DNA of 64,000 nt from Caldimonas sp. KR1-144 (lineage in GTDB: Bacteria > Pseudomonadota > Gammaproteobacteria > Burkholderiales > Burkholderiaceae_C), in the NCBI RefSeq assembly GCF_049446155.1, contig NZ_JBMSEE010000005.1:140315-204314 (forward strand), given 5' to 3'. This document shows positions 11,001-19,939 of the stretch, piece after piece. The translations under genes were made by a program, and so were the position numbers. How positions within the stretch are numbered: position 1 is the stretch's first letter; every line of letters begins with the position of its first letter. A model generated the notes under the pieces. It ran no database searches. It saw only the letters and a list, made by a program, of their open reading frames with translations, and was not told where the DNA came from.

Positions 11001-11691
11001 GCTGCGTGTTGCGCTCGGCCGCGGTCCAGTACTTGGTGGCCTGGTTGAGCGCAGAAAGACCGAACGGGTCGGACAAGGCCGAGAAGGTGTCGAACTGCGG
11101 ATCGCGCAGCAGGCCGCGGCTGACGACGAACAGCGCCAGCGTCGCAACGGCGCCGACGTAGGTCCACACCATCGAGCGCGTCGCGGTGGCCAGCGCGAAG
11201 AAGCCAGCCGAGACGATGAGCAGCGTCGGCAGCGCGAACGCGAACAGCGCATAGGCGTAGTCGCCGAGCCGGAACGGGCCGATCTTCTCGGGATCCTGCC
11301 AGGGCATCGCGGCGCCGATCGCCACCGCCAGTGGCGCCGCCGCGATCACCAGCAGCGCGGCCGCGACAGCGCCGGCGAAGCGGCCGATCAGGTAGCTGCC
11401 CTTGCCGATCGAGGTGCTGCGCAGGATGGGCGCGAAGCCGGTCTCGTCATCGCGGATCACGACGTTGGCGACCATCGCGACGATCACGAACAACGCGAAC
11501 AGGCTCAGGATGCCGGTGATCTGCAGGATCGAGTACGGCGAGTTGAGGTTCACGTTGCCGCCGCTGCCGAGGCGGATGTTGTCGGACGTGACGGCGCCGA
11601 AGGCGAGCAGGAAGAAGATCAGGCAGCCGACCCAGAACACCGGGCTCTTGAGCTGGTAGCGCCACTCGAAAGCGGCCACATGAGCAAGCAT
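8098..11691 (-). CDS. ABC-2 type transporter permease fused to C-terminal M1-family zinc aminopeptidase domain
   Basis: 1197 aa. The N-terminal ~560 aa has about 12 hydrophobic helices. The C-terminal domain carries the gluzincin motif HEIAHQWWGH...x18...E (LIESFAQY). ATG MLAHVAAFEWRY lies at 11691. Confidence 0.8.
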   Translation of the reverse strand: MLAHVAAFEWRYQLKSPVFWVGCLIFFLLAFGAVTSDNIRLGSGGNVNLNSPYSILQITGILSLFALFVIVAMVANVVIRDDETGFAPILRSTSIGKGSYLIGRFAGAVAAALLVIAAAPLAVAIGAAMPWQDPEKIGPFRLGDYAYALFAFALPTLLIVSAGFFALATATRSMVWTYVGAVATLALFVVSRGLLRDPQFDTFSALSDPFGLSALNQATKYWTAAERNTQLPPLSGLLLANRLLWTGVAVVLFALAYRLFRFESRGSAGAGRAEKADEADAPPAPRRGALPTARADRATRWSQLWRLARFDMAFVFRSPAFFVLLGIGVLNAFGALWNTGEWYGSGSYPVTRLMVQALNGAFTIMPIVIAIFYAGELVWRDRDRRMHEIVDATAAPDWAHLVPKIVAITLVLAACAVVAVLTGVLVQAIKGWFRFELGSYLLWFALPMTIAALQIAVLSVIVQVLVPQKFIGWGVMLLYIVASVALSSAGYEHHLYDYAGTPPVPLSDMNGMGRFWIGQAWFQFYWSAFALVLAVLAYALWRRGALATLRARAPQLRRRLHGPALGLLGLGVVATVASGAFIFYNTNVLNRYETQDERDARTARFEKQYLQYETLAQPRVTAVTLDVQLYPREARAVTRGRYRLENRSGAPIDTLHINYSDRLRLDALDFPGATLEHDDTDLHYRIYKLQPALQPGEARELGFVSTLEERGFANGAPLTRIVANGSFIDNTEITPFIGMSREGLLTDRAKRRKHGLPPDLRPPKLEDERGRARNGLRADSDWVDAEITVTTDADQVPVAPGYTQSDTTANGRRTVRFKTDAPINHFFSVQSARYEIKRDAWKSPAGKEVALAVYHHPGHEANVDRMLAAMKASLALFDATFSPFQFRQARIIEFPAYANFAQSFANTIPYSENLGFISHLTDPTKIDLVTYVTAHEIAHQWWGHQVVSGDQQGATMLIESFAQYSALLVMERMYGREQMRRFLKYELDRYLRSRGAEVVEELPLARVENQQYIHYQKGTLAMYWLKEVVGEEVVNRSLARLLQQYAFKPAPYPNSRDFLNILRAEAGPQHDALIDDLFEKITLLDVKVTKARAAKRADGKFDVVLDVQARKLYADGQGKETEAPLDEAFDVGAFSLKPGERGFGADAVLLFERQPLRSGAQQIRIVTAQAPAWVGVDPYNKRINRNSDDNLVKVEVD

Positions 11692-11710
11692 GGCGGTCCT
11701 TTCGACGGGG

Positions 11711-12640
11711 TCAAGCGGCGAGGGCGGCGGCGGGCTGGCCCGCGCCATGGCCGTTGCCGTGGGTGCCGGCGCTGCGATGCGCGTGCAAGGTGCTGAAGTA
11801 CACATCCTCCAGCCCGGCCTCGACCGGCTCGAAGCCGGTGTCCGGCCGCGCGTCGGCCAGCACGTGGACCATCGGCTGGCCGCCGCGCAGGCGCGTGGCG
11901 ATCACCGGCAGTCGCTCGCGCAGCGCGGGCAACTCGTCCTTGGGCACGCTCGCGCTCCACACGCGCCCACGCAGCTCGTCGATCAGCGCGCGCGGCGTGC
12001 CGGCGCGCACGATGCGCCCGCCCACCAGGATCGCCATGCGCGAGCACAGGTCGGTCACGTCGTCGACGATGTGCGTCGAGAGGATCACGACGACGTTCTC
12101 GCCGATCTCGGCCAGCAGGTTGTTGAAGCGGTTGCGCTCTTCCGGGTCGAGCCCGGCGGTGGGCTCGTCAACGATGATCAGCCTCGGGTTGGCGATCAGC
12201 GCCTGCGCGATGCCGAAGCGCTGGCGCATGCCGCCGGAAAAGCCCGCGATCGCCTTCTTGCGCACCTCCCACAGGTTGACCTGCTGCAGCAGCGCCTCGA
12301 CCGTTTCGCGCCGCTCGCCGCGCCCGGCCACGCCCTTGAGCACGGCCAGGTGGTCGAGCATGTCCCAGGCCGACACGCGCGGATAGACGCCGAAGTCCTG
12401 CGGCAGGTAGCCCAGCGTCGCGCGCAGCTTCTCGGGCTCGGCGAGCACGTCGATGCCGTCGAAGCGGATCGCGCCCGCGCTGGGCACCTGCAGCGTCGCC
12501 AGGCAGCGCATCAGCGAGGACTTGCCGGCGCCGTTGGGCCCGAGCAGGCCGAACATGCCGCGCGGGATCTCGAGCGTGACGTCGTCGAGCGCGCGGGTGC
12601 CGTTGGGGTAGGTGTGCGAAAGGCCGGAGATCGAGAGCAT
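11711..12640 (-). CDS. ABC transporter ATP-binding protein
   Basis: Walker A GPNGAGKSSLMRC, the signature LSGGMRQR and Walker B IIVDEPTAGLD. AGGAG SD. Sits 20 nt upstream of the permease-peptidase gene. Confidence 0.85.
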   Translation of the reverse strand: MLSISGLSHTYPNGTRALDDVTLEIPRGMFGLLGPNGAGKSSLMRCLATLQVPSAGAIRFDGIDVLAEPEKLRATLGYLPQDFGVYPRVSAWDMLDHLAVLKGVAGRGERRETVEALLQQVNLWEVRKKAIAGFSGGMRQRFGIAQALIANPRLIIVDEPTAGLDPEERNRFNNLLAEIGENVVVILSTHIVDDVTDLCSRMAILVGGRIVRAGTPRALIDELRGRVWSASVPKDELPALRERLPVIATRLRGGQPMVHVLADARPDTGFEPVEAGLEDVYFSTLHAHRSAGTHGNGHGAGQPAAALAA

Positions 12641-12817
12641 CGGAGCGGCTCCTGGTGGGAACGGTCTTGGGAAGGCGCGGTGGCGCCCGGGCACAAGCCG
12701 CGCACTCTACGGCCGCACCCGCCGCCTGCGCATGGCCGATGTGATGAATCGACGCGCGGGCGGTGCGAACCGTGAGCCCCGCGCGACGCGCTGCACTGCC
12801 TACACTTCGGATCCTCC

Positions 12818-13855
12818 ATGCGCATCGACGATCTCCGCCAACGCCTGCGCGCCCTCGGCGCCAAGCCCCGCCACGAGCAAAGCGTGCTCCGGCGCTGGGC
12901 CAACGCGCTGCCGATCGCCGAGCGCAGCCCGCGCGAGGGCATCCGTCCGCAAGCGCTCGCCGAGGCGCTGCCGGCGATCGAGGCCGAGCTGGCCGCGCTG
13001 GCAACGCTGCGCTCGGCGCACCCTGGCGAAGACGGCTCCGAGCGGCTGCTGGTCGCGCTGCAAGGCGGCGACACCGTCGAGTCGGTCCTGCTGCCGCGCG
13101 GCGGCCTGTGCGTGTCGTCGCAGGTCGGCTGCGCGGTCGGCTGCCGCTTCTGCATGACCGGCCGCGAAGGCCTGCTGCGCCAGCTCGGCAGCGCCGAGAT
13201 CGTGGCCCAGGTCGCGCTGGCGCGGCGCCGCCGCGCGGTCACCAAGGTCGTGTTCATGGGCATGGGCGAGCCGGCCCACAACCTCGACAACGTCGCCGAG
13301 GCGATCGAGCTGCTCGGCCACGAGGGCGGCATCGGCCACAAGAGCCTGGTGTTCTCGACGGTCGGCGATGCGCGCGTGTTCGAGCGCCTGCCGCAGATGC
13401 AGGTGAAGCCTGCGCTCGCGCTGTCGCTGCATTCCACGCTGCCCGAGCGCCGGGCCGAACTGCTGCCGCGCGCGCCGCGCATCGACCCGGCCGAGCTGGT
13501 CGAGCTCGGCGAGCGCTACGCGCGCGCCACCGGCTACCCGATCCAGTTCCAGTGGACGCTGCTCGAAGGCGTCAACGACGGGCCGGAAGAGATCGAGGGC
13601 ATCGCACGCCTGCTCGCCGGCAAGTACGCGGTGATGAACATGATCCCGTACAACAGCGTGCCCGATCTGCCGTACCGCCGGCCGTCGTGGGAGCGCGCGG
13701 CCGAGATCGCGCGCACGCTGCACCGACGCGGCGTGCTGACCAAGCTGCGGCACTCGGCGGGGCAGGACGTGGACGGCGGCTGCGGGCAGCTGCGGGCGCG
13801 CGAGCTGGGACCCAGGCTCGCCGAGAAGCGCATCGCGATCCGCGCGGCGTCATAG
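12818..13855 (+). CDS. radical SAM enzyme, RlmN/Cfr-family RNA methyltransferase-like
   Basis: CxxxCxFCxTG cluster (SQVGCAVGCRFCMTG), MGMGEPAHN, and the conserved C-terminal Cys region GGCGQL. Confidence 0.8.
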   Translation: MRIDDLRQRLRALGAKPRHEQSVLRRWANALPIAERSPREGIRPQALAEALPAIEAELAALATLRSAHPGEDGSERLLVALQGGDTVESVLLPRGGLCVSSQVGCAVGCRFCMTGREGLLRQLGSAEIVAQVALARRRRAVTKVVFMGMGEPAHNLDNVAEAIELLGHEGGIGHKSLVFSTVGDARVFERLPQMQVKPALALSLHSTLPERRAELLPRAPRIDPAELVELGERYARATGYPIQFQWTLLEGVNDGPEEIEGIARLLAGKYAVMNMIPYNSVPDLPYRRPSWERAAEIARTLHRRGVLTKLRHSAGQDVDGGCGQLRARELGPRLAEKRIAIRAAS

Positions 13856-14005
13856 GTCGCGGCTTCGCGGGCCGGCCTCCACCGCCGTACTGAGGCGCGA
13901 GCACCACATGGCCGCCTCGATGGCGTGCGGGGCTCTTACAGTCGCGGCGCGGCCATGCCGCTGTGGAGCCGTACCGGCCCATCACAACCCGAGGAGGAAC
14001 CCACC

Positions 14006-14440
14006 ATGATCCGTTTCGTCGCCGCCGCTGCGGTCGCCTTGGCACTCACCGGATGCGCATCCGTCCCCATGGGCGACGCCAAGCAAGACGCCGCGCTGAA
14101 GACGTTTTCCGTGCCGGCCGACAAGGCCGGCATCTACATCTATCGCAACGAGACGATGGGCGCGGCGGTGAAGATGGACGTCGCCATCGACGGCGCCCCG
14201 ATCGGCCAGACGGCTGCCAACACCTTCCTCTACAAGGAGGTCGCACCCGGCAAGCACGTCGTCACCTCCAAGGCCGAGAACACCGACCAGCTCGAGGTGG
14301 ACGCCAAGCCCGGAACGCTCACCTACATCTGGCAGGAGGTGAAGATGGGCGTGCTCTATGCGCGCACCAAGCTCCATCTCGTCAGCGAGGCGGACGGCAA
14401 GAAGGGCGTCACCGAAACCAAGCTCGCGGTCAGCAACTGA
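14006..14440 (+). CDS. DUF2846-like lipoprotein
   Basis: GAGGAGG SD then ATG. Lipobox LTGCAS. Motifs GIYIYRNETMGAAVKMDVAIDG and TYIWQEV. Confidence 0.65.
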   Translation: MIRFVAAAAVALALTGCASVPMGDAKQDAALKTFSVPADKAGIYIYRNETMGAAVKMDVAIDGAPIGQTAANTFLYKEVAPGKHVVTSKAENTDQLEVDAKPGTLTYIWQEVKMGVLYARTKLHLVSEADGKKGVTETKLAVSN

Positions 14441-14466
14441 CCGGCCCTCGCAGCGAGACAGGCAAG

Positions 14467-14494
14467 CTCCCTCGCCCGTGTGCGGGAGAGGGAG
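14467..14494. repeat. REP-like palindromic element (same family as 6479-6606)
   Basis: ctccctcgcccgtgtgcgggagagggag sits between convergent genes. Confidence 0.4.
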
Positions 14495-14498
14495 AACT

Positions 14499-16148
14499 TC
14501 AGCGCTGCGCCTCGCGCGCCAGGTGCGCGTGGATGCTCGCCACCACCGCGGCGCCTTCGCCGATCGCGCCGCCCACGCGCTTGACCGAGCCCGAGCGCAC
14601 GTCGCCCACCGCGAACACGCCGGGCAGGCTCGACTCGAGCTGGTCGCGCCAGCCGCTGCCGTCGCTCGCCTTGCTGCACGAGCGGCCGGTGACGACGAAG
14701 CCCGCCGCGTCGAGCTCGATGCCGCAGCTCTTGATGCACTCCGTCTCGGGCTCGGCGCCGATGAAGAGAAAGAGATTGCGCAAGGCGCGCCGCTCCGTCT
14801 CGCCGCTGCGCCGATCGCGCCAGGTCACCGCCTCCAGGCCGGAGCCGGTCGAGCCTTCGAGCGCGCAGACCTCCTTGTGGCGCAGCAGCTCGATGTTGGG
14901 CGTCGACTCGATGCGGTCGATCAGGTAGCGCGACATCGTCGCGGCCAGCCCGTCGCCGCGCACCAGGATCGAGACCTTGCGCGCGTGGCTTGCCAGGTAC
15001 ACCGCCGCCTGGCCGGCCGAGTTGCCGCCGCCGACCAGGGCCACGTCCTGGTTGGCGCAGATGCGCGCCTCGATCGGCGAGGCCCAGAACCACACGCCGC
15101 GGCCCTCGTAGGGCGCGACGTTGTCCAGCCCCAGGCGGCGGTAGCGCGCGCCGGTCGCGATGACCACCGTGCGCGCGCGGATGCGCCGGCCGTCGCGCAG
15201 GCGCACCGCGTACTCGCCCTCGGGCACGTCGGGCGCGCTGTCGGCGCAGTCGAGTGCGCAGACCTCGGCCGGGATCAGCATCTCGGCGCCGAACTTCTGC
15301 GCCTGCACGTAGGCGCGCCCGGCCAGCGCCTGGCCCGAGATGCCGGTCGGAAAGCCGAGGTAGTTCTCGATGCGCGCACTCGCGCCGGCCTGGCCGCCGA
15401 AGTGGCGGCAGTCCATCACGATCACGCGCAGGCCCTCGGAGGCGGCGTAGACCGCGGCCGCCAGGCCGGCGGGGCCGGCACCGATGATGGCCACGTCGTG
15501 CAGTTCGTCGTGCTCGACCGAGTCGACCATGCCGATGCACTTGGCGAGCTGCTCATCGTCGGGGTTGAGCAGCACCGCGCCGCCGGGGCACACCGCGATC
15601 ACGTCGTCGCGCCCGCTTCGCATCTGCTCGGCGATCAGGCGCGCGTTGTCGTTGCCCTGCGCGCACAGCAGCTGGTGCGGGTAGCCGTTGCGGCGCAGGA
15701 AGTTCTGCAGACGCACCGCGTGCGGCGAGCTGGCGATGCCGATCAGCACCACGCCGCTGGCGCCGGCCTCGATCAGCGCCACGCGGCGCAGGATCAGCGC
15801 GCGCGTGATGCGCTCGCCGAGCTCGGCCTCGGCGATCAGCAGCGCGCGCAGCTGCGGCGGCTCGATCAGCAGGGCTTCGACCTCGCCCTCGGCGTGGATG
15901 TCCACCAGCGCCGGGCGCCCCGACAGCTGGCCGACCTCGGCGAGGAACTCGCCTGCGCCCTGGCGCACGATCGGCACCACGCGCCCGAGCCCGTCGCGCT
16001 GGGTGATGGACACCACGCCGTCGAGCAGGACGAACATGCCGGGCGCCGGCTCGCCGGCCTTGAACAGCGCCTCGCCGGAGGCGAAGTGGCGGCAGTCGCC
16101 GAAGCGGCTGATGCGCGCGATGTCGCCCTCGTCGAGCGAGGGAAACAT
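14499..16148 (-). CDS. cyclic-nucleotide-binding domain fused to thioredoxin-reductase-like FAD/NAD(P) disulfide oxidoreductase
   Basis: 549 aa. N-terminal cNMP-binding fold (FKAGEPAPGMFVLLDGVVSI). C-terminal GxGxxG dinucleotide motifs VAIIGAGPAGLAAAVYA and VALVGGGNSAGQAA, and a CAxC-like redox pair region. Start at MFPSL is chosen; SD is weak. Confidence 0.75.
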   Translation of the reverse strand: MFPSLDEGDIARISRFGDCRHFASGEALFKAGEPAPGMFVLLDGVVSITQRDGLGRVVPIVRQGAGEFLAEVGQLSGRPALVDIHAEGEVEALLIEPPQLRALLIAEAELGERITRALILRRVALIEAGASGVVLIGIASSPHAVRLQNFLRRNGYPHQLLCAQGNDNARLIAEQMRSGRDDVIAVCPGGAVLLNPDDEQLAKCIGMVDSVEHDELHDVAIIGAGPAGLAAAVYAASEGLRVIVMDCRHFGGQAGASARIENYLGFPTGISGQALAGRAYVQAQKFGAEMLIPAEVCALDCADSAPDVPEGEYAVRLRDGRRIRARTVVIATGARYRRLGLDNVAPYEGRGVWFWASPIEARICANQDVALVGGGNSAGQAAVYLASHARKVSILVRGDGLAATMSRYLIDRIESTPNIELLRHKEVCALEGSTGSGLEAVTWRDRRSGETERRALRNLFLFIGAEPETECIKSCGIELDAAGFVVTGRSCSKASDGSGWRDQLESSLPGVFAVGDVRSGSVKRVGGAIGEGAAVVASIHAHLAREAQR

Positions 16149-16376
16149 CTGCTCGCGGCGGGTATCGATGGTGCGCGAAGCGGCTGCGGCGGTCGACACG
16201 GTGCGCTCTCCCGGCTGGGTTGCAGGCGAGCAGGGATTCTGCGCCGCGCGGCCGCACTTGCGCACCGGCCGCAAGGGGCAGGCGAGGGCCAGGCGATCAG
16301 GGGGTGACCCTGTCGCGCTGACAGGCTTGCTTCGGGCGTCCAATGGGCGCCAGGGGGCTCCTCCCATGCGCCGTCC

Positions 16377-17768
16377 ATGACCCACGCCCAGGCTCATCGC
16401 AGCGCCGCGGTTCGCTTGCCCGCGCTGGCCGTCGCCTTCGTGGCCGCGCTCGTGCTGGCGCTGGCCGCGTCGGCGACGTCCGCGGCGCCGGTGTTCGTGC
16501 TCGAGCTGCACGACGCGATCGGACCGGCCAGCGCCGACTACACGGTGCGCGGGCTCGCCAAGGCCGCCAAGGCCGGCGCGCCGCTGGTGGTGATCGAGAT
16601 CGACACGCCGGGCGGGCTCGACACCTCGATGCGCCAGATCATCCAGGCCATCCTCGCCTCGCCGGTGCCGGTGGCGGTCTACGTGAGCCCGGAAGGCGCG
16701 CGCGCCGCGAGCGCCGGCACCTACATCCTCTATGCCGCGCATGTGGCGGCAATGGCGCCGTCCACGACGCTGGGCGCGGCAACGCCGGTGGCGATCGGCA
16801 TGCCGGGCGGCGGCGAGAAGCCGCCGGCGGCCTCCGCGCCGGCGTCGGCGCCGGCCGATGCGATGACCGCCAAGCAGGTGAACGACGCCGCCGCGTTCAT
16901 CCGCGGCCTCGCGCAGCAGCGCGGCCGCAATGCCGAATGGGCCGAGCGCGCGGTGCGCGAAGCGGTGAGCCTGACCGCCAACGAGGCGCTGCGCGAGCGC
17001 GTGATCGACGTCGTGGCGGCCGACCTGCCCGATCTGCTGGCCAAGCTCGACGGGCGCAGCGTGCGCGTGCACGGCCAGGAGGCCCGGCTCGCGCTCAAGG
17101 GCCTGCCGATCGAGCTGCTGCGCCCCGACTGGCGCCAGCGCCTGCTGGCGGTGATCACGCACCCGAGCGTCGCGCTGATCCTGATGATGCTGGGCATCTA
17201 CGGCCTGCTGTTCGAGTTCTCGTCGCCCGGCACGGTGCTGCCGGGCACGGTGGGCGCGATCTGCCTGCTGCTGGCGCTGTTCGCGCTGCAGCTGCTGCCG
17301 GTCAACTACGCCGGACTGGGCCTGATCGTGCTGGGCATCGCGCTGCTGATCGGCGAGCTGATGGCGCCGAGCTTCGGCGTGCTGGGCATCGGCGGCATCG
17401 TGGCCTTCGTCGCCGGCGGCCTGCTGCTGTTCGACAGCGACGTGCCGGGTTTCGGCGCGCCGGTGGCGCTGATCGTCAGCCTGGCCGTCACGTCGGCGGC
17501 GCTGGTGCTGCTCGGCGGCGGCATGGTGCTGCGTGCGCGCAAGCGCCCGGTGGTGAGCGGACGCGAGGCGCTGCTCGGCAGCGTCGGCGAAGTGCTGGCC
17601 TTGCAGGACGGCCAGGCCTGGGCGCAGGTGCATGGCGAGCGCTGGCGCGTGAGCAGCGGCGTCCCCCTGGCGCCGGGCCAGCGCGTGCGCGTGGTCGCGG
17701 TGCGCGGCCTCACGCTCGACGTGCAGATCGAACCAGCGGAACAACGCGAACAAGGAGCCCGACCATGA
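16377..17768 (+). CDS. NfeD family membrane-bound serine protease
   Basis: ClpP-like N-terminal domain, C-terminal TM helices and an OB-fold tail. The stop overlaps the start of the following SPFH gene (ATGA). Confidence 0.8.
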   Translation: MTHAQAHRSAAVRLPALAVAFVAALVLALAASATSAAPVFVLELHDAIGPASADYTVRGLAKAAKAGAPLVVIEIDTPGGLDTSMRQIIQAILASPVPVAVYVSPEGARAASAGTYILYAAHVAAMAPSTTLGAATPVAIGMPGGGEKPPAASAPASAPADAMTAKQVNDAAAFIRGLAQQRGRNAEWAERAVREAVSLTANEALRERVIDVVAADLPDLLAKLDGRSVRVHGQEARLALKGLPIELLRPDWRQRLLAVITHPSVALILMMLGIYGLLFEFSSPGTVLPGTVGAICLLLALFALQLLPVNYAGLGLIVLGIALLIGELMAPSFGVLGIGGIVAFVAGGLLLFDSDVPGFGAPVALIVSLAVTSAALVLLGGGMVLRARKRPVVSGREALLGSVGEVLALQDGQAWAQVHGERWRVSSGVPLAPGQRVRVVAVRGLTLDVQIEPAEQREQGARP

Positions 17769-18544
17769 TCCTGGACCTCAACATCGGCCTCGGCAGCGCG
17801 CTGGTGCTGCTGGTGTTCCTGGTGCTCAGCGCCTTGCGCGTGCTGCGCGAGTACGAGCGCGGCGTGGTGTTCCAGCTCGGGCGCTTCTGGCGCGTCAAGG
17901 GGCCGGGCCTGGTGCTGGTGATCCCGGGCATCCAGCAGCTGGTGCGCGTGGACCTGCGCGTCGTGACGATGGACGTGCCGCCGCAGGACGTGATCTCGCG
18001 CGACAACGTCTCGGTCAAGGTCAACGCGGTCGTGTTCTTTCGCGTCGTCGACCCGCAGCGCGCGATCATCGTGGTCGAGAACTTCCTGATGGCGACCAGC
18101 CAGCTCGCGCAGACCACGCTGCGCGTCGTGCTCGGCAAGCACGAGCTCGACGAGATGCTCGCCGAGCGCGAGCGCCTCAACCAGGACGTGCAGCAGATCC
18201 TCGACGCGCAGACCGACGCCTGGGGCATCAAGGTCACCAATGTCGAGATCAAGCACATCGACCTCAACGAGTCGATGGTGCGCGCGATCGCGCGCCAGGC
18301 CGAGGCCGAGCGCGAGCGGCGCGCCAAGGTGATCCACGCCGAAGGCGAGAAGCAGGCCGCCGAGGCCCTGCTCGAGGCGGCGCGCCGCCTGGCCCAGCAG
18401 CCCGAGGCGATGCAGCTGCGCTACCTGCAGACCATGACCCAGGTCGCCGGCGACCGCGCCTCGACCATCGTGTTCCCGCTGCCGCTGGACCTCTTGAGCC
18501 GGCTGCTGGACAGGCCCGGCGACGACAAGCCGTCACCCGGCTGA
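17765..18544 (+). CDS. SPFH/band-7 (stomatin-like) protein, partner of NfeD
   Basis: N-terminal TM helix, [12 protein letters not shown] and canonical stomatin core. Classic nfeD-stomatin operon. Confidence 0.85.
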   Translation: MILDLNIGLGSALVLLVFLVLSALRVLREYERGVVFQLGRFWRVKGPGLVLVIPGIQQLVRVDLRVVTMDVPPQDVISRDNVSVKVNAVVFFRVVDPQRAIIVVENFLMATSQLAQTTLRVVLGKHELDEMLAERERLNQDVQQILDAQTDAWGIKVTNVEIKHIDLNESMVRAIARQAEAERERRAKVIHAEGEKQAAEALLEAARRLAQQPEAMQLRYLQTMTQVAGDRASTIVFPLPLDLLSRLLDRPGDDKPSPG

Positions 18545-18593
18545 GCCACACTGCGAGCCGTCGCGCGATCTCGCCGCGCGAGCGAGCGTTGCG

Positions 18594-19901
18594 ATGGCCT
18601 TGTTTCCCCAGGATGCCCTCGAGCCCGGCGTGCGCAAGCGCGAGGTGTTCGGCTGGGCGATGTACGACTTCGCGAACTCGGGCTACACCACGGTGGTGCT
18701 CACCGCGGTGTTCAACGCCTATTTCGTCGGCGTGGTCGCCGGCGGCGCCGACTGGGCCACGCTGGCCTGGACGCTGACGATCGCGGTCTCCAGCGCGGTG
18801 GTGATGCTCACGCTGCCCGCGCTGGGCGCGTGGGCCGACCTGCGCGGCGCGAAGAAGAAGCTGCTGGCGCTGTTCACCGCCGCCTGCGTGCTCGGCACCG
18901 CGGCGCTGGCGGCGGTGGGGCCCGGCGACCTGTGGCTCGCGGTGCTGGCGGTCGCGGTGTCGAACATCGCTTTCTCGTACGGCGAATCGATGATCGCGGC
19001 CTTCCTGCCCGAACTGGCGCGGCGCGAGGCGCTGGGCCGCGTCTCCGGCTGGGGCTGGAGCTTCGGCTACCTGGGCGGCATGCTGGCGCTAGGCGCGAGC
19101 CTCGCGTGGGTGCTGGCGGCGCAGGCGCGCGGCCAGACCGCGGCGCAGTTCGTGCCGGTCACGATGCTGATCACCGCCGGCATCTACGCGCTGGCCGCGC
19201 AGGCCACCTTTGCGCTGCTGCGCGAGCGTGCGCAGCCGCAGCCCGAGGCCAGGCACGGCCACGGCATTGCCGCGTCGCTGCGCCGCCTGGCCGACACCTG
19301 GCGCGAAGCGCAGCACTACCGCGACTTCGCGTGGCTCCTGGCCTGCGGCGCGTGCTACCAGGCGGGCATCTCGGTCGTGATCACGCTGGCCGCGGTGTAT
19401 GCCGAGCAGGCGATGGGCTTCAAGCAGGCGCAGACCATGATGCTGGTGTTCCTGGTCAACATCGCGGCGGCACTCGGCGCGTTCGGCTTCGGCTACGGGC
19501 AGGACCGGCTGGGCCATCGCCGCGCGCTCGCGCTCACGCTGGCCGGCTGGGTGCTGATGACCGTGCTGGCCGCGCTGGCCACCGGGCCGGCGCTGTTCTG
19601 GGTGGCCGCGGTGATCGCCGGACTGTGCATGGGCTCGAGCCAGTCGGCCGGCCGCGCGATGGTCGGCCTGCTGGCACCGGTGACGCGGCGCGCCGAGTTC
19701 TTTGCCTTGTGGACCTTCGCGACCCGCGCCTCGGTGATCGTCGGGCCGATGACCTATGGCCTCATCACCTGGCTGACCGGCGGCAACCACCGCGTCGCGA
19801 TCCTCAGCACGGCGGTGTTCTTCGTCGGTGGTTGGGTGCTGCTGCGGCAGGTGGACACCGACCGCGGGGCGGCGAGGGCACAGGCGCCCGAACCGGCGTG
19901 A
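18594..19901 (+). CDS. MFS transporter (UMF1/Atg22-like family)
   Basis: WAMYDFANSGYTTVV motif. 12 predicted TM helices. Confidence 0.8.
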   Translation: MALFPQDALEPGVRKREVFGWAMYDFANSGYTTVVLTAVFNAYFVGVVAGGADWATLAWTLTIAVSSAVVMLTLPALGAWADLRGAKKKLLALFTAACVLGTAALAAVGPGDLWLAVLAVAVSNIAFSYGESMIAAFLPELARREALGRVSGWGWSFGYLGGMLALGASLAWVLAAQARGQTAAQFVPVTMLITAGIYALAAQATFALLRERAQPQPEARHGHGIAASLRRLADTWREAQHYRDFAWLLACGACYQAGISVVITLAAVYAEQAMGFKQAQTMMLVFLVNIAAALGAFGFGYGQDRLGHRRALALTLAGWVLMTVLAALATGPALFWVAAVIAGLCMGSSQSAGRAMVGLLAPVTRRAEFFALWTFATRASVIVGPMTYGLITWLTGGNHRVAILSTAVFFVGGWVLLRQVDTDRGAARAQAPEPA

Positions 19902-19939
19902 GGGACCACGACTCGCCTTCTTGTACTTCCTCTGTTTGA

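Noticed and set aside
8482-11796. Very long ORFs (up to 1400 aa) on the strand opposite real genes, e.g. 8482-11796(+), 41374-45600(+), 52741-55641(+), 23784-25235(-)
   Set aside because: Translations are Arg/Ala/Gly/Pro-rich low-complexity strings, typical of stop-codon depletion in ~70% GC DNA. Each is antisense to a gene with clear conserved motifs.
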